DNA of 63,592 nucleotides, filler included, from Choristocarpus tenellus KU-1152 (taxonomy: Eukaryota > Protista > Phaeophyceae): assembly GCA_964200185.2 (NCBI GenBank). It is 10 parts of 10 records of this genome, joined end to end, with 100 filler letters (N's around TTAATTAATTAA, not from the genome) between each part and the next. Parts side by side here need not be neighbours in the genome. Positions count along the whole stretch, not along the records: positions 39,193 to 52,440 come from CAXNAD020001545.1; 9 more parts are not named here. The stretch is one strand, 5' to 3'. The notes beneath the pieces were generated by a model, which had not been told where the DNA came from, did no database searches, and saw nothing but the letters and a program-made list of their open reading frames with translations. Shown here one piece after another: positions 39,093 through 51,239 of this stretch. Position 1 is the first letter of the stretch; the number at the start of each line of letters is the position of its first letter. A program made the translations under genes and the position numbers.

Positions 39093-39488
39093 NNNNNNNN
39101 NNNNNNNNNNNNNNNNNNNNNNNNNNNNNNNNNNNNTTAATTAATTAANNNNNNNNNNNNNNNNNNNNNNNNNNNNNNNNNNNNNNNNNNNNTGTCCTGT
39201 GCCCCCAGCCAACCAGAATTCTCCCGCCCACAAAACTCAGTTTACTTCATAAACTCTCACTTTCCTTGAATGTGGTAGTACCTACTCTATAATAACACAT
39301 AGGAACACAGAGGAGGAGGGGCTTGAACAACTCAACTTTGTATAACCGTGGGTGATTTCAACCGGACATTAAATTAGCAACAACGGCTGGAATGAGGGTA
39401 CTTCGCACTTTTTAACCTTCAAGTAATGTCCTCACCGAGAATGCCCAAGTGAGGACAACTTTTAATACAGTCTGGAGAAAGTTAAGTT

Positions 39489-42350
39489 ATGGCTTCATTC
39501 TGGGGTGGAAAGGGAAGGAAGAAGAACACAGTGGCAACACAAGACACGTGTGGTTTTTGTCGTCAGGCTATCAAACAGGATAGCAAGCACTGTGGACTAT
39601 TTTACACTGTCTCTGCCCTGGAAGAGGAAGGAGGCAAAATACACAAGGTGAGACTGTTTACGCCGACAGAGCTTTCCCGTCAGTTGCTGCGATCGTTCCT
39701 ATGTCCTTATTAGCCCTCTTGCCATAGAATACTGTTCTAGTAGTGCCTGCGTGTTTGAAAACCTTGTTTTGGTAACTATCCACAATCTTTTTTACTCGAA
39801 ATCTTTCAGGAGTGCTGGCAAGCGTACCAGGAGAAGACTGCAGTCAAGTGTCTCCACTGTCAAGGACCTATCGCTCACCTTCCCGGAAGCTTCAGTGGAA
39901 GGTTTTTCACCAGCGATGAGCCCACGGGACAAGTACACAGGTTTACGTGGGGCGCTTTTTACGACCGTAATGGTATTCATCTTTCGTGTGTCCGAATCGG
40001 ATGCGTCTTTCCTAGCCTTTTCGATATATCAATGTACCTACAATATTCGAGAACTTTGGATGTGCAATCTGTCGATGACTATCTACCATGCTTAGATGTT
40101 TCCCTGGCGTTCCAACTGCCAGAAAGAGGGTTTATGCTAACTTGTGCCAGCACTGGACCTAGGGAGAGAACTTGGCCGCGATAGGAGTTCGTTTTTTGTA
40201 TTTCATTCCCCCCTCATTAACGCCCTTCAACCAACTTCATTCAGCGAGTGCTGGGAAACCTTCTGCGCCGCCAAGCCCTCCAAGCCGAAGGAGCTGTGCT
40301 CACATTGCACTGAGCCCATCGCTGCGGTCGAAAATAAGTTCTCCGGGCGATATTTCGAGTTGGACGGGGGCATCAAGCTACACTGTGCGTCGAATCCCAG
40401 CTGAGGCAATTTTCTGCTTCTGTCATTCCTGCACAAAAATTGCCAACTTCTCCCTCCTACGTCGTTTGTCGTCCATACCACATCATTGAATTGCTAGCAA
40501 TCATCATGTGTCCTTGATGGTACCAATATCTAAATTCCTCGCTTCTCTTTCTCTCTCTCTGCCAACAGTCGAGTGCCGAGCAGTATATTACGGTGCCAAC
40601 ACACCCAAGTGCTTGCACTGCTCTGCTGCTGTAACTCCATTGGAGGGAAAGTTCAGTGGGGAGTTCTATGAGGTGCAAGGTGAACAGGGTGATGGCAGAG
40701 TGCACTGTGAGTGCTACGAAGCGTGGATGGCGGCGTCTGCACCAGAGTGCCTTGTTTGCGGAGAGGCAGTGATGAAGCAAGGGCGATTCTGTGGGGAGTA
40801 CTGTGCCTTTGATGATGGCAAGACACATAAGGTGAGAAGATGTTATTGACAACAAGCATGATGGGAGTGGATGTGAGGATGATGGATTGAGAGTTGCCGT
40901 TTGCCATTTAGGTATGGAGTAGTACTTGTAACTGTTGAACTTTGTTTCCTAGGATAGTGCACTTGGTGCAACTTGTGCTTGTCCTGTTGCTCCGAACCAA
41001 ACTACAAGTCTTGTCTGCTGCAAGGCCCGTAGCATGTGGCTGTGTTGAGCTCTACCGTAGAATGGCAAGCACTTTTATTTTTTGAAAGAGATTGTATGGT
41101 ATAATGCCCATTGACCTAAACTATCCTTGTGCGTGTTTGTGCAGAAGAGGAGAAACAACCCCTATTTGTCTTCCAGGCTGTGTACACAAATTGTTAAAAG
41201 GATCCAAACATGTGTTTTTAATTTCAGGTTCCAAACAATACACTAGAAACGGTGCATGCAAATAATGTATTTGCTTGAACAGACTTACTTCAACACTCCC
41301 ACTAATCTTGAACAATGGTATCAATACATACTGTAGTGGTACGATAGCATTGCATGAAAGGTCACAGAAACTGGAACCCTACTTTTCTGACCCAAGTAAT
41401 ATACTGTATTGCCATACAGTTTCTGACATCACAACAACAAGAGCATCCCCCATCAAGTAACATGTTTTCATTGCCAAAATATCTATCATTGAGTTTTCAC
41501 AAAAGGTTCCGTTCTTCATCCAAACCCAGTACCTGCATCCAATTTTGTTCCTCCAGCACTTTAATTTGGAGGCTTCTTTCAGTTGGGGGGCCGAATATAT
41601 ATGGAAAATTCCTGCATTCCGCTGTCTAAGAAATCGAAAGTCGACGGAGCTTTACGGCGTCACGAAATTTCCGTGTACTTCTTAGTCATACTGTACCATG
41701 GACTAGATCGAGATCCTATTTTATACGCTGCTTTCCTCCTCAACATGTATTCCAATTCAAGGCACAGCTTGTTCAGTAGATGCCAGTGATTTCTCCTTTT
41801 GGTCATACCATGAAGAAGGGAAGAATGGTCCACCTTCCAAATCCTCAAGGTGTCGCCCTATTGGTTGATGCAACAAACGTTTTTAGTCAATCCAGTACGA
41901 TTATGTCTTCCTTTATGTCAAGCCTTGATGGCATCATCATATCAGGGATTTTGAAGATTGTAGATTCCATGTGCTCACTCCTGAAAAATCAGTGGAAGAG
42001 GCACCAACCACTCTCACACCAACTCATTTTTATCAGATTTTGTCACTCTGATATTGTGTATTCTGAGGTCACTAGGAGTAGATTAGAAGATAATGCACAC
42101 TGTGTCTAGTTGCTGCAACACTCATCACCTCTTAACTAATTTTTAAGTAAAAATGAATCGACTGCTTTGTCAGGAGTGTGCCATGGACTATATCGAACAA
42201 ATAGCAGCTAAGTGCGTCCATTGTGGCAAGGGAGTACTAAAGGCAGGATCTTTTTCTGGGTCTTACTACCCTGTGGGGGATGATGGAGGGGACAAGGTTC
42301 ATGTCGAGTGTTGGGAAGACTGGAACGCCAAAGGAGAAAACCATCCCTAA
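39489..42350 (+). CDS. Complete 289-aa protein of six tandem CxxC-x(22-27)-HxEC zinc-finger (half-LIM-like) repeats
   Basis: Exons 39489-39647, 39810-39940, 40245-40384, 40569-40831 and 42174-42350 total 870 nt, all GT-AG, with intron phases 0,2,1,0. Repeats: CGFC..HKEC, CLHC..HSEC, CSHC..HFEC, CLHC..HCEC, CLVC..HKEC, CVHC..HVEC, each with a central (F/H)(S/C)Gx(F/Y) motif. Confidence 0.88.
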
Positions 42351-43512
42351 AGACACGACTTTCATGATAGCTGGTAGAGACAAGTATTTTTTTTGTGCTG
42401 CATACTTCAAGAGATGTGAGCTAGGTTTATTAAACAGAGCATCAGTCGGAGGTCAATGAACTTGGGATACCCTGGGCATTACCGTGGACAGGAAAGTATG
42501 GCAGTATTTTTCATCAAGTTCCTTTGAATATTGATGTGCCCAGTGTTAGGTCAGTATCTTGCTCTTCCTAAACATTTCGGTTTCAGTAGTATTTTTTAAG
42601 CATCGATTTACTATAGAGGAGGTACGGTACACATTTCTACTTTCCGCTGCATTAAATTTCCCCCACTCCATATCCTTTTCATATTGTGCCAGAAGTGAAA
42701 ATGTAGAGCTTTCATAGTGTTGGGGGGAGGAGAGGGAGTCATGGCGGCTGTCCTCAACGTGTTATGCGTACTGTTCCTCCCACTGCGTGTATTCTATGGT
42801 TAGAAGATAGAGATACCCACAACAGAATAAGAAAAATACGACCCAGACTCCTTCTGGCTTGGTTGCAGGGAAAGTAGCAGTTGAATCAGAGTCTGATGCC
42901 CATCACCTAGAATATCCGGTCAGATCGACGCTTATTATATTGCATAATCCTTTGCTGAGATTAAAGCAGTCAATAATGTACAAGTAGTTGAGAACAAATA
43001 CCTCAAAAGTATTTTCCAGACAACTGCTGTTGCTTCACAACCTGTTTGGACACAATGTGCAGACTCTATGGTTGTAGCACATTCCTGCGTACAAATCTGT
43101 TACACTCTCACACACAATATGACTTGACAAGAACTTAACAACACAAAACCCATCAGTTGTGGAATCTATGGCCAAAAGTGCACTGCTTCCAAACCTTTTT
43201 TTAAAACACAAAAGCATGCTCGCCTTAGGGTTAGGGATAAAGGGTGATAACTGTGAACTACAAAGTTAGGCCATTTTGACCCTTTCATAGGGGAGAATGT
43301 TGTGATTTAAGTCAAGGTCTATCAAGTCTGCTCAAGTGTTTGAGACCCGTCTGAACTACCTGTAAGAAGAGCATGGCAAATAAATAATCATTGCAGTCTC
43401 TTGTACATTGGTGTGGTGTTACTAATATATTGATGTATAAGTAGAGCTCCTCTATTGCCCCAAGACCCACATAACAGAAGGATTTATCATTCCAAAGACA
43501 AAAACCCTAACC

Positions 43513-46500
43513 TTAAACAGGCCTAGCACACTTTCTCGGCTCCTTGTCCTTAGTTGTAGGACATTGCATCTCCTGCATCATTAGCACAACAGTGGGGGTA
43601 AAGGACAGTGGGATTTGTACAATAAGCAGAGGCTGGTTGCTTAGTTTGAATCATCACAGTTGTTAAAGTTGAGGGTGTCCTCTGGCATGGTGATGCAAGG
43701 TGAAACAAACTGAGTTCCCTAGTTACTTTCTGACAATGCGTGTGAATTTCCCAATAGTAAGTCTCTGGTAATGTACTGAACACAGTACAAGTAGTGCAAA
43801 CCCGATACTTCGTAGCGCTAGGGTTAGGGATATCATTAAGAGTTGAAAAAAAATCACTACAAGACTTGTGTGCGCAATTATAAGAGCATAGGGTTAGGGT
43901 TAGTCAGGGCTATTTAAGTCACAGAAGTGGCGATTCAAACTAGACTTTATTTGGGTACTAGATTGCTTTCACCATTGCATCATTACATTTTTGGAAAAGA
44001 AATTGACACCTGGAGCAGGACACTCTCACTCAAATATTGTTCTGAACATAGGGACAATATGAGCAATGGAGTACAAAACCCCTCCAATACTAGAAGGCGT
44101 ACATGTGCACGTAACTGTCAAACTATGAATCAGTACGCCAAAAACAGTAATAACAGCTACCAGATATCTGAGGGAACAGAATAATCTTATCTACCTCCTC
44201 ACCCAAAACACCGTCATTGATTTATCTTGAATGGGATGTGTTATCAATGAATGGGATGGGGTCATACACGAGTTATGCTCGAGTCGTGAAGTATGAAGCC
44301 TATCTCTAAATAATGAACACAGACACCAATGAATAGACACACACTCAAGCTACCAGACAGCTCGTTCCCGCCAGAGCACACCCCTTGAACAATCACTAGA
44401 ACTGTTGACTAAAAGAGACCAGTCCACATCCTTTTGGCAAGCAGTACCCATACCTGCCAGCTGATGGGTACCATGATAGAACCAGCAGCACTCTTGGCCC
44501 ACCTCACCCCCAACTCGTTCTCAGCAGTGCTAAGGAAGTACTGTGTTGAGTCACCCAATGAAATTACTCGAGCCCTGATGATGTCGCCTGGTCGGAAAGC
44601 CTTGGATACAACCGCCTTATCCACCTCTGTGGCCCTGACATCCTGCAGGCGCATGGGTGAAGACAGTCAGGAATACAGTCATACTTGGCGTGATCACACT
44701 ATATTCATAGCCTTCACACTCCAGCATGTCAGAATGCAATTCTTGATAGACTACTGTTGTCCTTCAGGTGCATCAAAGACCATGAGGACAGTGATACAGG
44801 GATAAGCCACTTAACACTGCAATTACCACCCTCTACAAGACTTGAGGGGTGAATGGGGTGCAGAAGGGGTGTTCACTTAAAACACTTTTTAGAGCATTTT
44901 ACATTATAGCAGAGTACTTCCTCTGTTTGGACCTAATCGAAACATAACTCTTGCAGTCCCAACAAAGAATCAAATCATATTAATCAATATATTTTCACAT
45001 GTTCATATATATATGTATGTGTGTGTGTATTGTCCAGACACTAAAGGTCAAACACCAAAACCTCAAGCAAAATGTGGCAGTCTACACCTTTCTATGATTC
45101 CACCCCACAAAACCGCCCAAAACTCCATTCCAGCACAGCATTTTGCTGCATCGATTGGGGCATTTGGAGGGAGCTTGCCCACTTTCTCAGTGATTTCCTT
45201 GCTAAGATGGGGATTCTTGAAGATGTTGTCACCCTTGGGCCCCAGAACTTCAACATAAACTTCAACATAGACTGCAAAGAGACTCTACCAGATGTGCTCT
45301 AGCATCTCCCAGGGGTACACATCAAATGCCTCCATTGTGGCCTCCACCAACTCCTCTCTGTTGGTCACCACCACGTCTTCCTTCACTTAGTGAATGGTTC
45401 CTGAAAAGTTACGGAATAGTTACTGAATGGAATGAAAGAACCCCAGGTCATTGAAGTTGAAGCCAGGTGAGTTGGCTGGCTGGGTCTCTATGACAATGTC
45501 ATCCTCCGCCACCTCCTTGCTTGCCTCCATGATACCCCCCTTGGTATGTCACTTTGCCCCGTCCTGCTGCACAAAGACGGTGTGTCCATCCGTCCAGCCT
45601 AGGCATGCGGGCCTTGATTGCCGGGATGACGTCCTTGATCGTAAGTTTCTTATACCTCTCCCCGTCCACCATGGCTATCACAAGCACCTTGGTGCCCTTG
45701 GGGTGGCGTTTTCTGGAGCACTGAGCAACCTTAGTGTCCACGATTGGCCAGATCCCGATTTTCCCATCAAAGCACACCAAGTTAGAGAGCTTCCTAAAGC
45801 GGGCCACAGCTGCACTTCATCATGTAACGCTTATTCTGTGCCCATGGGGGTTTGGGGGAGTCCTCAGTGGGGTTCAGGTATACACCTTGCCCATCTTTGA
45901 GGTTGTAAAACCACTTCTCGTCCACATATACCCAGTCATACAGATCGTCCACTAAATACCCCACTTTCCCTCCTCCTGTGCATGTGGATGATGACAAAGT
46001 CGACCCTGTTGACTTTCTACTGATCAGAGCGGATTGGATTTAATCCACCGCTTCACCTTCTTCACCTTCTCGCGCTTCCACAGATCTCACAACAAGGCAA
46101 GGGAGACTCCAGCTTTGGCCACCTATTTGTGGAAGGATGTGTAGTGTACCACCGATGGGGCATCCCTACATCAAGGATACCTGATACCTGTTCTGTACGG
46201 CAGCCTCATCACCCTCACCCCTTGGGACATCGTACAAGGTCCATGCATTCACCCTGTGCGATCTGGCCGTCATACCCCTGGATAGAACATACTGATTCGA
46301 GAAATTCCGAAATCCTCCGCAATGGCCACTGCCATCCTCCAGGGCATCCGAGTTGCACGCCCTCACGCCTCCGGCATGATGCCACCACACCCTTCTTTGT
46401 CAGGGTGTTTGAGTCCTGACCCTGGACAGACTTCTGGGTCAAAGAATTGGGACTGATGGGCAACGACAGGATGAGCGAGCCGCTCGAACGACGGGGGGAA

Positions 46501-47945
46501 CTCGTCCTAGGCATCCCAATAACTACCCCCTTTGACAGTTTCATGAAGTTTTTGAACCCAATCAAATGCGACATGGTCCACTTTGCACTGGCTATCCTCC
46601 ACAGTCATGGCAGTCCACCTTCTCAAAATTTCCACGCCTCCCAATCTATATGAGAACTAAGCATCGTCCAGAGGGCATATCACGTGGGTCGTTCCCGAGC
46701 AAGAACAGAGCTTGAAAAAGATATGTTACATATAATTCCGAAGAGAGGAAGTACCAAGAAGATACGTATGGTAGGATTTATCGATTATGACTACCTCTGT
46801 ATTGACACCATATTTCTTAGGCATTTCTATGGCGTTGAAAACTTCACATGATGGCAAGGTGAATTTAGACGGGCTTCACTAATGGCTTGGGGCAGGATAG
46901 TATAAAAAAAGCACCGAAAAATAAGGGTTATTGGATAAACCCCATGAAAATATCACTGTGAAGGAATGGAAAGTTACTGTATATTAGGTTATGGCAAGTT
47001 ACGAGAGGTCATGAATTTGTAATACGCTTTGCAGCAGAATATATACATATGGTAACACCAACACGTTCTGTATAGGGCACTCCATTAAGCAAATATACTC
47101 AATTCAATATGACCTCCACCACCCTGGTGCTGCTTCAAAAACAGGGATGTAAGGTTGAAGTGGAACTACCTTCTATGTTCAATGGGCAAGAACTACACTT
47201 TTCTGGCGCGTTCTATCCATATGTCCCAGTGCACTCACACTACGAAAGATCACGCCTTTCAGGTGTGACATCGCAAATATCCACACGAGACAGGGTCAGC
47301 AAAGCAGGGAAAGGTCAAAAGGTCTAATGAAATGTCACTTATTGAGCATTAATAGCATAAACCCACTTTTTGCTGGACATCCAATCCCTTTCCCCCTGCC
47401 TGCGCACTGCTGCACGCTACATGTCGATTCGATACCCTCCCCCCACCCCCTGTTTGCTTTGATCCTCTCTCACCTCCTTCCTCACCACCCCCTTGTGCGG
47501 CTCTCGCAAGACAGTTTCCCCTACACAGATGATTTCCACATTCGCCTGGCGAGAGTTTATCCACGTCACCCTTCCCATCACAATATCGCCAACTTGGATC
47601 ACTTGATCCTGTGCCCGTGCTTGTTTTTGTTGGGATACCTTCAAGAAGCAGTGGATCATAGCAGGATATCGACATGAAGTCTACGCAATAGCAGGTTCCT
47701 GGAGGTATCCAGGCAAGACAAGTACCAGTGCCGGGGAAGATCTTCAGATTTTCCCAATGAGAGACAACGAAAAACTCCAGTTGACCCACCATAACGAATG
47801 GTAACTGGCTACCATCTTCTCCTTCTTGTACAACCTTCGGTCCCACCACGCTTGCAAGAATGTACGTTCCCCGAACGTATGTCCCTGGTCCAGGTCGATA
47901 ATCACTAATCCTTCCGAGTCTGCTCCCTGGACATACCACCTCCAT
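43513..47945 (-). CDS. CSL4: Exosome complex component CSL4 (EXOSC1), complete, 189 aa
   Basis: Exons 47945-47790 (MEVVCPGSRLG...GPGTYVRG..ILASVVG), 47638-47474 (VGDIVMGRVT...ANVEIICVG...GVVRKE), 44642-44454 (DVRATEVDK...FRPGDIIRARVISLGD...YFLSTAENELGV...MVPISWQ) and 43572-43513 (EMQCPTTKDKEPRKCARPV*). Confidence 0.95.
44917..46751 (-). mobile_element. Full-length but inactivated mariner-type transposon in CSL4 intron 2
   Basis: TA|CTTCCTCTGTTTGG ... CCGAAGAGAGGAAG|TA gives Stowaway-like TIRs and a TA TSD. Transposase remnants WVYVDEKWFY, FDGKIGIWPIV, QQDGAK*H and QPANSPGFNFNDLGFF carry stops and frameshifts. Confidence 0.9.
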
Positions 47946-48217
47946 ATCCTTCCCAGGGGGTTTTACTACTATTAAAGTTTAGACAACACAAGGTAAACCA
48001 ATGTGGTTATCACAATTATCGAAAAGGGGTTTGACAACACCTTCGGAGGCATTGATGCTATGGGGACACCATCAATAACAACAATCCAGTACGTTTGTCG
48101 TGCATTGTTTTGGGGGAAGACAGAGGCAGCATTGGCGCATGCTTTGGGGAAGTAAGAGACCTTACTATAGCGTTACCCTTCCGACTTGCTGTTTGATATA
48201 TAAATATATTTGAAGCG

Positions 48218-49620
48218 ATGGCGCAATCAAACACACCCAGCGAGCGTCGAATACACCTATTGACTCCAGAATTGGAGACAATGAGGGAACCCAACGCGGG
48301 GGTGGATCTGATGGAGCAAAATGGACTGGTTTCCTATGAAAAACGCCTGTCGAGAGGACCGAGGAAAACATTTTCGCACTTTCTCTCCACGCAGTTGCAG
48401 GTCTTGGTCAAGGAGAAGCCCAGAATAATGCTCGCAGAAAAGGCTGCCTTCAAAGAGTTACTCAAGGAAGAGCCATCCGGAAGACCAATTGAGCCGATAC
48501 CCATTGATATCTTGAAGCGCTCTTTCAGAGTCCGGAAGGAGGTGGTCGCGAAGGATGAGGGTAATACTCGTGATGGCCCTGAGAGCAAGATTCAAGTACC
48601 CCCAGACGTGCCATTTGCTCAACAAACTACAAACAAGCGTTCGCCTGCGTACAGAAAAGTGCGTGGGGAGTCCAATTCGTACGGATGATGGGCAGTAGAC
48701 TTGAAGGAAGTAATTTGGTCGAAGGTTTTCATGGAGACAACCTTGTCGAGTTTGGGTATGTCTATAAGTCTCCCGCATCATAGTCAACAGTCCCTGATCA
48801 TCGCAATGCATCGTCGACAGAGCCTCGTAAGTGATGCTTCCTCTATCCATTTGCTGCCCCCCGCCAATCCCAGCAAATCGCTAAGAGGGCGAGAACAGGG
48901 GCTAGTATTGGTGCGGACATTGGAGGCGGGGATAACCCTCAACGGAGCGCTGTAAAGGCATTATTGTCGCCTGTGATCCACAAGTTGCTCCAGAAGCAGT
49001 GGCCTGGGTGGGGAAATCCGTTTGAGATAGTTTTGACCAAGAAGACGGCACCAAAGGGGTATTTTACTCACGTGGAAAAGCCCATGAACCTAATGTGGAT
49101 AAAGGAGTACGTGGCAAGGAGCAAGTACTTAAAGGTTTGTGAAGTATTGCACGTCCATACCTGAGCCCTCACGAGCATTTTGGTAGACTGGTGGCTCTGC
49201 TTGCGGCAAACATCACTTTTCTGCGACTTTTCGCACTCTAAGAAAGTTTGCAGCCGTTGTTGATTGATCAAAATATCTTTTTGTTTTGCCAAACATTCAC
49301 AAGAATCCCGAAAAAGCAAAGCATTGCTAAATATAGAGTGCAAAACTCCAGCATTCACATAGTCTGTCTCCTTGCTCCCTTCCAAGCCCCTGCACCACTA
49401 CTTCCCTGTGTCAATTTCTTTTTTTTTTTAGGTGGAAGAGTTTGAAGCTGATCTAGAGCTGATGGTGAACAACGCATTCCTCTTCAACAAGCCAACTGAA
49501 CCAGTACATGGGTTCGCAAAAGAGCTTCAGGCAATTTTCAGGCAGGAGTTGGCAGCATTGAAGGGCAATGAGGAGGGATTGATCATTGCCCCTGCTGACA
49601 AGAGGCCTCGAATACGATGA
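48218..49620 (+). CDS. Bromodomain-containing protein
   Basis: Exons 48218-48658, 48958-49134 (WGNPFEIV...GYFTHVEKPMNLMWIKE...KY) and 49432-49620 (EEFEADLELMVNNAFLFNKPTEPVHGFAKELQAIF); phase 0 junctions. Start codon uncertain. Confidence 0.82.
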
Positions 49621-50069
49621 CACTAGGCAGCGTGGGCTGGATATTCTCTACCTACTCTACCATGCAGATGTACATGGTGTGGTGCCTTGGTAATACTACA
49701 GTATTTGTTTTTGCAAATCAATAGAGTAAAGCACTGAGCACATGCATCCTCGGATGTAGAAGACCTGGTAGGATATTGATGAAAGGGGAATGATGCAATT
49801 TGTATCATTTTACACTGTGTGTGCTACAGTGGTCTACTGGCACAACTTGGTAGTTCCCATTCTTAAATGTATGGTCATTTCCGAGTATTGCATGGATCAG
49901 TAAGACATTGCTCGTGGGTATGCAGAGGTAGGTACTGCCTTTCTCCTTTCCAGCCCTGTGAAGAATATTTTTCATGTTGAACACTAATATACAGTTTTAT
50001 TGCACATGTTAAAGAGCACCACTGCATAGCTCCAATATTGTGTGTAAGCCTTGTACATTAAGGAGATGT

Positions 50070-51239
50070 TCAAAACATAGCCACGCTTCTTACACTGGGG
50101 AATCTCTTAACAACAATGTCAAGACCGAGTCTTACACTGCCTTCAACTGTACCCACACCAATGAAAGACATGGATGCAAAACTTAATACAGGTCCATCCA
50201 AGTCTATCTGCAGTGTGTTGAAGTACTGAGTCACACCATCTGCAAGTTTTTGTGCCTCCTTTGATGTCAGTCCTCTCTCTTTCGCCACCCCAGCTGAAAG
50301 ACGTCCTTTACATTGCTTCAGCTCAATGGCAACTTCACAATCTTTCCACCTTGCCCCAAATTTGATACTTCTCGCGCCAGGATCGATACGCACTTGATCT
50401 TTCTCAAAGACTAGAGCATGCCCACCAATGTCAGTTTTGTGAACCAAGGGATGCACCAAGAAGTTTCCAAAGTCCTGTTCGTCAAATACGACTTGTGCCT
50501 TTCCTGACGGTGGACGTGTGAACTCGAGCAAACGTTTATGAAATAGTGACCTGATGTTGAGGATGACCTCGCCTACGTCCACGCTTACCTCTCTGAGAGT
50601 CGAGACGAGGGACATGGGCCAGACGAAATTATCATTCCGAGCGAGCAAGAGTCCCCAATAGAACCATATCATATCATGAAAAATGTAAATTACACATGTT
50701 ACACACACTTCGAAGTGAGGGGGCAAGCTATCGCGATGTCAAGGAATAGAAAGACAGGTCGAGTGTCGAGAATGCACTGTGGGCAGTGGGATTCATTAAG
50801 CAGGGCTTGTTCATCACCTTGCTGTCAGGCCCAGCCGACTCGTCCACCTTCTGCCATTAATTGAAGCTCCCTCCAGCCTTCCGCGAACGAGCTGTAGAGC
50901 GTTGCTCTTCACCGAGCAGGATATGTGCGCTTTGTCGCCGTGCTGGAGCACGTGCCTTAGAATGCGGCATGCCGTTGCCTGAGAAGATTTTTCAAATTGT
51001 TCGTTTTGAGAAGTTGCCGTAGATAATGTCATCTCAACTCATTACAACAGGCTACAACCCACCTCAATGAGAGGTGAAGTTGCATCGCGGCATCGTAGAT
51101 CCCTCAGCCTCTGGTTCGCCGTTCTCTCACTTCTCCTAGCTCTGACGAGTGGGTGATGCCGGAAGTTGAGGACGACAGAGCCTTTGAATGCATTTGCCGG
51201 TAATAATGACACTAACAACACGGCCAGCACATACCTCAT
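50070..51239 (-). CDS. Plastid-targeted DUF2993 (LmeA-like) protein
   Basis: Exons 51239-51063 (signal peptide MRYVLAVLLVSLLPANA-F, bipartite plastid-targeting motif), 50978-50818 (SCSVKSNALQLVRGRLEGASINGRRWTSRLGLTAR) and 50592-50070 (GKAQVVFDEQDFGNFLVHPL...). Family assigned from motif resemblance only. Confidence 0.7.

Noticed and set aside
51033-51062. Apparent 30-nt micro-intron or stop readthrough between in-frame ORFs 51042-51266 and 50814-51032
   Set aside because: A normal ~84-nt intron ending at a pyrimidine-rich CAG (50981-50979) explains the junction better.
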